Of a stretch of 64,000 nt of DNA, positions 58,325 to 64,000 are shown piece by piece; position 1 is the stretch's first letter, and each line of letters begins with the position of its first letter. A program made the translations under genes and the position numbers. The notes under the pieces were generated by a model that was given only the letters and a program-made list of their open reading frames with translations, did not search any database and was not told where the DNA came from. Source of the stretch: Bacilli bacterium (GTDB taxonomy: Bacteria > Bacillota_I > Bacilli_A > RF39 > UBA660); the NCBI GenBank assembly GCA_017428495.1, contig JAFRQS010000011.1, forward strand, positions 74,920-138,919, read 5' to 3'.

Positions 58325-59768
58325 CTGTTAATATTCTGGCCATTTTAACACCAGCACATGATGCCATCATAAGCCCAGTAGTAAGTCCTCCACCATCACC
58401 TATTGAATACAAACCATTTATATTAGTCATAAAGTTCTTGTCAAGCACTACTTCATTACTATAAAATTTTATTTCAGGTCCATATAATAAATTATCTGGG
58501 TGTGCAAATCCTTCCACTACTTTATCTACATCTTTTATAAATTGCAATATATCAGTCATTGTTCTATATCCAAGACCATATGTTAAATCTCCTGCTACTG
58601 CTCCTTTTAATGTTGGTACTACACTATTATTTTCTAAATCTTTTGGCCATGTTCTTCTACCTCTATTTATATCTCCCAATCTTTGTACCATAATTGCATT
58701 CCCACCTAATCTATTTAAGTTTTGTGCAACATTTTCACCATATTCAATAGGTTTATCAAATGGATATGTAAAATGATGAGATACAAGTATTGCTAGATTT
58801 GTATTAGTACTTTTTTTATCTTTATATGAATGACCATTTACTAATGTAAGTCCATTATCATATACTTCTGCACTTACAAATCCGCTTGGATTTTGACAAA
58901 AAGTTCTTACTTTATCTCCATATGGAAATGGTCTACCTATAAACTTACCTTCATACATATATTCATTTATTTTAGCCATTACTTTATCAGGAAGTTCATA
59001 ACGAATTCCAATATCAACGCTTCCTAATTTTGTATTAATACCATGTTTAATACATATTTCACTTAACCAAGAAGCACCTTTTCTTCCCACAGCAAGTACC
59101 ACTTTTGAACCCATAATATCTTCATCAGTTTTATCTTTTAATTTATGTACTTTTACACCTTTTACTGTACCATCTTCTATAATTAAATCTTTAACTTCAG
59201 TTTCAAATAACATATTAATATTATGCTCTTTTAAATATTCTTCTAATTTACCATATAAAATATGAGCTTTTTCAGTACCTAAATGTCTTATTGGATATGA
59301 TACTAAGTTAAGATTATTTCTTGATGCTTTTTCTTGAAGTTTTTTAATTTCATCCATATGTTCTACACCATTTAACTTCTTATCTGCACCAAATTTTAAA
59401 TAAACATTATCTGTGTAAGTAAGTAAATCAGTAATTTCTTTTTCAGTCATATATTGTTTGAAATATCCACCATCATTACCACCAAGATATATATTTCCAT
59501 CTTTATCTCTACTTGATAAATGATAAGAATTTAATTTACCATCTGAAAAAGCACCTGCACCACTAAAACCACATGTAATATTACAATATGGTTTACAATT
59601 AACACAATGGCCAACTTTTTCCATTGGACAACTTCTTCTTTCAACTGGTTTACCCTGATCTATTAATAATACATTTTTATAATTATTAAGTTCAATCAAT
59701 TCATAAGCCAAGAATACAGCACTTGGCCCCATGCCTACTACTATTAAATCATACATTTTTATCACCAA
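58305..59768 (-). CDS. FAD-dependent protein (COG2509-type NAD(FAD)-utilising dehydrogenase)
   Basis: 487 aa; N-terminal Rossmann dinucleotide motif DLIVVGMGPSAVFLAYEL, C-terminal GDGGG motif. Confidence 0.7.
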   Translation of the reverse strand: MVIKMYDLIVVGMGPSAVFLAYELIELNNYKNVLLIDQGKPVERRSCPMEKVGHCVNCKPYCNITCGFSGAGAFSDGKLNSYHLSSRDKDGNIYLGGNDGGYFKQYMTEKEITDLLTYTDNVYLKFGADKKLNGVEHMDEIKKLQEKASRNNLNLVSYPIRHLGTEKAHILYGKLEEYLKEHNINMLFETEVKDLIIEDGTVKGVKVHKLKDKTDEDIMGSKVVLAVGRKGASWLSEICIKHGINTKLGSVDIGIRYELPDKVMAKINEYMYEGKFIGRPFPYGDKVRTFCQNPSGFVSAEVYDNGLTLVNGHSYKDKKSTNTNLAILVSHHFTYPFDKPIEYGENVAQNLNRLGGNAIMVQRLGDINRGRRTWPKDLENNSVVPTLKGAVAGDLTYGLGYRTMTDILQFIKDVDKVVEGFAHPDNLLYGPEIKFYSNEVVLDKNFMTNINGLYSIGDGGGLTTGLMMASCAGVKMARILTGERNEK

Positions 59769-59798
59769 TACAATTATAACTTATTTATCAAAAAATAA

Positions 59799-60887
59799 TC
59801 AACTATTATATCTAGAAATATTTAGTAATATTCCCATTTCACATAATGTTATTAATAAAGAACTACCACCATATGAAAGAAAGGGTAATGTTACTCCCGT
59901 TATAGGTATTAAAGATACAACTACCATAAGATTTAATAATGCTTGAAAAGAAAGTTGAAATGTAATACCAAATGATAAATATTTTGCAAATGTATCATTA
60001 GATAATAATGATATTTTTATACCCCTATATATAATTATTAAAAATAAAGTAGACACAATTAATATACCTAAGAATCCTAATTCTTCACTTATTATTGCAA
60101 ATATAAAATCTGTTTGTGGTTCTGGTAAATAGAAATGTTTTTGAATAGAATTACCTATTCCAAGTCCTAAAAATCCACCTGGTCCTATTGCGAATAAACT
60201 TTGAATTGCTTGAAATCCACTACCTAAAGGATCAATCCATGGATTAATAAAAGATAATATTCTTTTGAACCTATATGGAGCTATTAAAATAAGTATAACT
60301 GCTCCTATAGCACCAAATATACCCGTAATGTAGAAAAATTTCATACTTATACCAGCAATAAATAATAATCCAATAATGCTCATTACTATTATTACACCAG
60401 TACCAAAATCAGGTTGTAACATTACTAAACCAAATACAAGTAATGTAATAAATAGTATTGGTAATACCCCTTTTTTAATATCTTTTATATTTTTTTCATT
60501 ATTACACAAATATTTAGATACAAATATAATAAGACCTAATTTCATAAATTCACTTGGTTGAATACCAAATCCCCCTATACCAAACCAACTCCTACTACCA
60601 TTTCTAATTTTTCCTATACCTGGAATTATTACCAATATTAATAATAAAAAGCAAACAAGTAGTATGATGTTTGCTTTATCTTTATAGTACATATATGGTA
60701 TTTTTGATATTATAATCATTAATATAGTTCCAATTATTAAAAATATAGATTGTAATTTTAAGTATTTGAGTGAATCATTAAATTTATATTCTGCCCATAT
60801 ACTTGATGATGAATAAATCATCATAACTCCAAATATAGAAATAATTATTACTGCAAACAATAATATCACATCTATATTTTTTTTCAC
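59799..60887 (-). CDS. SEDS-family peptidoglycan glycosyltransferase (FtsW/SpoVE-like)
   Basis: Multi-TM SEDS motifs; start reassigned to GTG (MKKNIDVILLFAVII) with RBS GGAG 10 nt upstream, overlapping mraY stop as TAGTG. Confidence 0.8.
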   Translation of the reverse strand: MKKNIDVILLFAVIIISIFGVMMIYSSSSIWAEYKFNDSLKYLKLQSIFLIIGTILMIIISKIPYMYYKDKANIILLVCFLLLILVIIPGIGKIRNGSRSWFGIGGFGIQPSEFMKLGLIIFVSKYLCNNEKNIKDIKKGVLPILFITLLVFGLVMLQPDFGTGVIIVMSIIGLLFIAGISMKFFYITGIFGAIGAVILILIAPYRFKRILSFINPWIDPLGSGFQAIQSLFAIGPGGFLGLGIGNSIQKHFYLPEPQTDFIFAIISEELGFLGILIVSTLFLIIIYRGIKISLLSNDTFAKYLSFGITFQLSFQALLNLMVVVSLIPITGVTLPFLSYGGSSLLITLCEMGILLNISRYNS

Positions 60888-61897
60888 TAAATCCACACTC
60901 CAAATGCTATACCTGCCATAGCAAGTATGAATCCTACTACCCAAAATCCTTTCACTATTTCTCTTTCATCTACACCAAGTTTTTCAAAATGATGATGAAG
61001 AGGTGTCATTAAAAACAATTTATGCTTAAATACTTTTACCCATATAACCTGTAGTATTACAGATAATGTTTCTATTATAAATACTCCCATAACCGCAAGT
61101 AATGTTATTTCATGATCAGTAAGTATTGCAACTGTAGCAAGAGTGGCACCTAATGCTAATGAACCAGTATCTCCCATAAACACTTTTGCAGGATTTGTAT
61201 TAAATATAAGGAATCCTAATAATGCACCTACTAATACAAAGCAAAATATTGCTATATCTTGATATCCAGATACCCATCCAGAACCCCACGCAATAATACC
61301 TAAAGCTAAAAATGCTATAGCAGATAGTCCACCAGCCAATCCATCAAGTCCATCAGTTAAATTAACTGCGTTTGAACCTCCTACTAATACAAACAATATA
61401 AATATTCCATAAAACCATCCCATATTTAATTTAATATTTAATGTATATATTTCAAGCAATGGTTCATTACCACTTTTCATATAAATAAAGAAGAATACAA
61501 GTGCTACTATAAGTTGTAAAAATAATTTCTGTAAACTAGTTAAACCAACATTTGTCTTTCTTCTAATGCTTAAATAATCATCTAAAAAACCTATTAACGC
61601 ATAACTAATAAAAACAAAAAACACTATGAATAAATTTGGTGTAAACTCTATTTTATCAAATAATAATAATGTTATTATTGCAATAAATACTGCCAATATA
61701 AATATTATTCCACCCATTGTAGGAGTGCCATCCTTTTTCTTATGAGAATCTTCCAAATATATACTTACTCTTTGCTTAATATGACTTCTTCTTAATATTG
61801 GTACTATTATAAGTCCCAATACAATTGATACTAAAAAACCAATCATTAATGATAATACCGATTTAGCAAGTATTAACATAATATCATCTCCAAACAT
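60887..61897 (-). CDS. mraY: phospho-N-acetylmuramoyl-pentapeptide transferase
   Basis: 336 aa; MraY motifs NAVNLTDGLDGLA and MGDTGSLALG. Confidence 0.9.
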   Translation of the reverse strand: MFGDDIMLILAKSVLSLMIGFLVSIVLGLIIVPILRRSHIKQRVSIYLEDSHKKKDGTPTMGGIIFILAVFIAIITLLLFDKIEFTPNLFIVFFVFISYALIGFLDDYLSIRRKTNVGLTSLQKLFLQLIVALVFFFIYMKSGNEPLLEIYTLNIKLNMGWFYGIFILFVLVGGSNAVNLTDGLDGLAGGLSAIAFLALGIIAWGSGWVSGYQDIAIFCFVLVGALLGFLIFNTNPAKVFMGDTGSLALGATLATVAILTDHEITLLAVMGVFIIETLSVILQVIWVKVFKHKLFLMTPLHHHFEKLGVDEREIVKGFWVVGFILAMAGIAFGVWI

Positions 61898-61963
61898 AAC
61901 AATTATACTATATTATTTATATCATTTCTAGTATAAGTATATTTTATTTTGTATACAAAATGC

Positions 61964-63865
61964 CTAATTTCCTAAAAGTAATCTAACTACCCCACCATAT
62001 TTTATTCTTTTATTTGCCTCTGGTGATTGTTCCTTTACATAGTCTCCAGTACCACTATAATTAATAGTAAAATCTTTTAATAACTTAATTGCATCTTCTT
62101 TCTTCATACCCACTACATTCGGTACATCTAAATATTTAATCTCATTCCAATTATATTCTTTAGGTTTTACATTATCCTCTTTTATATTTAATATATTAAT
62201 ACAATCTGTAAGTATTTCTTTCGCAATAGGTGCAGATACAGTACCACCATATTGAGTAACTCCTTTTGGATAATCTATTGCAACATATACTATAACTTCA
62301 GGGTTAGAAGCAGGAGTAAATCCTATAAAAGATACTATATAATTTCCTACCATATATCTACCATCTTTTACTTTTTGCGCTGTACCAGTTTTACCACCTA
62401 CACTATGACCTTCAATATATGCATTCCTTCCTGTACCATTTGCAACTACACTTTCTAATGCATACCTTACTTTTTTACTTGCATCTTCACTTATTACTTT
62501 TCTTACAAATGTTTTATCATATTCTTTAATAACATTATTTGTTTCAGGCTCTAATATTCTTTTTACAATATAAGGTTTATATAAATTCCCTCCATTTATT
62601 GCTGCAGATACTGCTGTTATTTGTTGTATAGGAGTTACAGATACTCCTTGTCCAAAAGATGTAGTAGCAAGTTCTACAGGACCAACTCTATCTAAATTAA
62701 ATAATATGCCATTTTCTTCACCATTTAAATCTATTCCTGTCTTTTTACCAAAACCAAAATTATTTATATAATTAAATAATTTTTCTTTACCAAGTTTTTG
62801 TCCCATTACTACAAATCCAGGATTACAAGAATTTTCTACTACTTGTAAAAATGTTTCAGCACCATGTCCTCCAGCCTTCCAACATCTAATTCTTGCATTT
62901 TCAACTTGTATACTCCCGCCATCATAAAATGTATCATTAAAATCAATTGTGTTTTCCTCTAATGATGCTGCCAAAGTTATTATTTTAAATGTAGATCCAG
63001 GTTCATAAGTACTCCATATTGGTAAATTCCTATTAATTTGTTCAATAGTATAATTCTTATAATTAGATGGTGAAAAATTTGGTCTAGAACTCATAGCAAG
63101 TATTTCTCCATTATTTGGATTCATTACTATTGCAAGTGCACTATCAGGATTATATTTTGCTACCGCATTATCAAGTTCCCTTTCTACAGCCTTCTGAATA
63201 TCCAAATTTATAGTTAATTGAATATTCATACCATCCTGTGGCTTTTCATATACTTCACTCATAGAAAGCCTATTACCTTTAGCATCACTAAAATATTTAA
63301 TCATCCCATATTTACCTGTCAAATACTTATCATATTGCAATTCTATGCCACTTAAACCCTGATTATCTATTCCTACATAACCAATCACATGAGAAAGTAA
63401 TGTATCATATGGATAATATCTTTTACTTTCCTTAAGTAGATATACTCCATCATAATTTAATTCACTTATTCTATTAGCAATATCATAATTTAATCTTCTA
63501 CCTTCTGGATGAACTCTTTCTATTGATGTCTTTTTAGATACATGTCGATACATTTCTTCATATCTAACATCTAATATTTCACTTAAATCTTTTGCTACCT
63601 TTTCTTTATCTTTAATTTGATTTGGAATTATTACTAAAGATGTAGTAGTAATATTATCCGCTATTATTAAATTATTAATATCATATATGTATCCTCTATT
63701 AGCTTCAACTGGCAAATTTCTACTCCATAAATCAGTAGCTAATGTATTTAATTTTTTATATTGAAACAATTGAATATATGCCACTTTCAATATAACCAAA
63801 AAAAATAGAAAGAATATAATTAATAAAACTATTCTAATTCTTTTATGTATAAATTTAAAAAACAT
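61964..63865 (-). CDS. class B penicillin-binding protein (FtsI/SpoVD-type) with C-terminal PASTA domain
   Basis: 633 aa; N-terminal TM, dimerisation domain, transpeptidase motifs STFK, SxN (SCN), KTGT; C-terminal PASTA (LDVPNVVGMKKEDAIKLL). Confidence 0.85.
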   Translation of the reverse strand: MFFKFIHKRIRIVLLIIFFLFFLVILKVAYIQLFQYKKLNTLATDLWSRNLPVEANRGYIYDINNLIIADNITTTSLVIIPNQIKDKEKVAKDLSEILDVRYEEMYRHVSKKTSIERVHPEGRRLNYDIANRISELNYDGVYLLKESKRYYPYDTLLSHVIGYVGIDNQGLSGIELQYDKYLTGKYGMIKYFSDAKGNRLSMSEVYEKPQDGMNIQLTINLDIQKAVERELDNAVAKYNPDSALAIVMNPNNGEILAMSSRPNFSPSNYKNYTIEQINRNLPIWSTYEPGSTFKIITLAASLEENTIDFNDTFYDGGSIQVENARIRCWKAGGHGAETFLQVVENSCNPGFVVMGQKLGKEKLFNYINNFGFGKKTGIDLNGEENGILFNLDRVGPVELATTSFGQGVSVTPIQQITAVSAAINGGNLYKPYIVKRILEPETNNVIKEYDKTFVRKVISEDASKKVRYALESVVANGTGRNAYIEGHSVGGKTGTAQKVKDGRYMVGNYIVSFIGFTPASNPEVIVYVAIDYPKGVTQYGGTVSAPIAKEILTDCINILNIKEDNVKPKEYNWNEIKYLDVPNVVGMKKEDAIKLLKDFTINYSGTGDYVKEQSPEANKRIKYGGVVRLLLGN

Positions 63866-63896
63866 ATAATCACCAATTAATTATATGTTTTTATAT

Positions 63897-64000
63897 TCAC
63901 TTCTTTACTTTACGTTTTATATCCTTATCACTATTTATTAATTCTAATCCCGCAATTATTTTATCTAAATTTCTACTTCTAAATAATCCTTCTATATCTA
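63897..64000 (-). CDS. partial CDS (C-terminal end only); possibly FtsL-like division protein upstream of the PBP gene
   Basis: Minus-strand frame reads ...DIEGLFRSRNLDKIIAGLELINSDKDIKRKVKK* with TGA at 63897-63899; identity unsupported beyond position in the dcw cluster. Confidence 0.3.
   Translation of the reverse strand, partial: DIEGLFRSRNLDKIIAGLELINSDKDIKRKVKK

Noticed and set aside
57542-62458. ORFs 57542-57742 (+), 57708-57926 (+), 59731-59946 (+), 60376-60561 (+), 62252-62458 (+)
   Set aside because: Antisense to minus-strand membrane/FAD/SEDS/PBP genes.

Overview
This 64 kb window is a very AT-rich chromosomal segment (roughly one quarter GC by eye) from an anaerobic, endospore-forming Firmicute, most likely a Clostridia-type genome. 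The evidence is the sporulation/germination genes (gerA-type A-C-B operon, yqfC/yqfD, spoVS, spoVD/spoVE-like dcw genes) together with class III anaerobic ribonucleotide reductase nrdDG. Almost all genes lie on the minus strand. Most of the window is conserved housekeeping: RumA-like methyltransferase (partial), gerA operon, Ogg glycosylase, hydrolase, Crp/Fnr regulator divergent from nrdDG, alkaline-phosphatase-superfamily enzyme, CBS-DHH pyrophosphatase, TtcA-like PP-loop ATPase, tRNA-Arg(CCU), an M16 peptidase pair, deoD, lon, tig, greA, the recO-yqzL-era-cdd-dgkA-ybeY block, yqfDC, yqeY-rpsU, yceD-rpmF, comEB-like deaminase, tmcAL, rluA, smc, rnc, yidD, spoVS, folD, murC, a FAD protein, ftsW/spoVE, mraY and a PASTA-PBP. 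Embedded in this backbone are several unusual elements. (1) Three prepilin-type N-terminal genes (no pilus ATPase, platform or peptidase in the window). Two of them are large, Cys-rich, modular paralogs (413 and 571 aa) with near-identical 5' ends and promoters, flanking a ribosomal-protein block. (2) A roughly 9 kb accessory locus (48.3-57.3 kb) inserted between murC and the dcw genes. It encodes a small pilin, a lipoyl-less 2-oxoacid-dehydrogenase-E2-like protein with an apparent catalytic His-to-Glu change, and a five-gene minus-strand cluster of secreted/membrane proteins (783-aa Big_2 protein with CGY-x2-C repeats, 428-aa Cys-rich secreted protein, lipoprotein, type-I membrane protein). 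A tandemly duplicated promoter-gene-terminator unit for an SH3-like secreted protein runs divergently from it. (3) A tandem array of three paralogous approximately 170-aa cytoplasmic proteins within the lon transcription unit. (4) A near-perfect 26-bp palindrome (TGTTG-N6-CAACA core) in the Crp/Fnr-nrdD divergent promoter. No CRISPR arrays, transposases or rRNA genes were seen.
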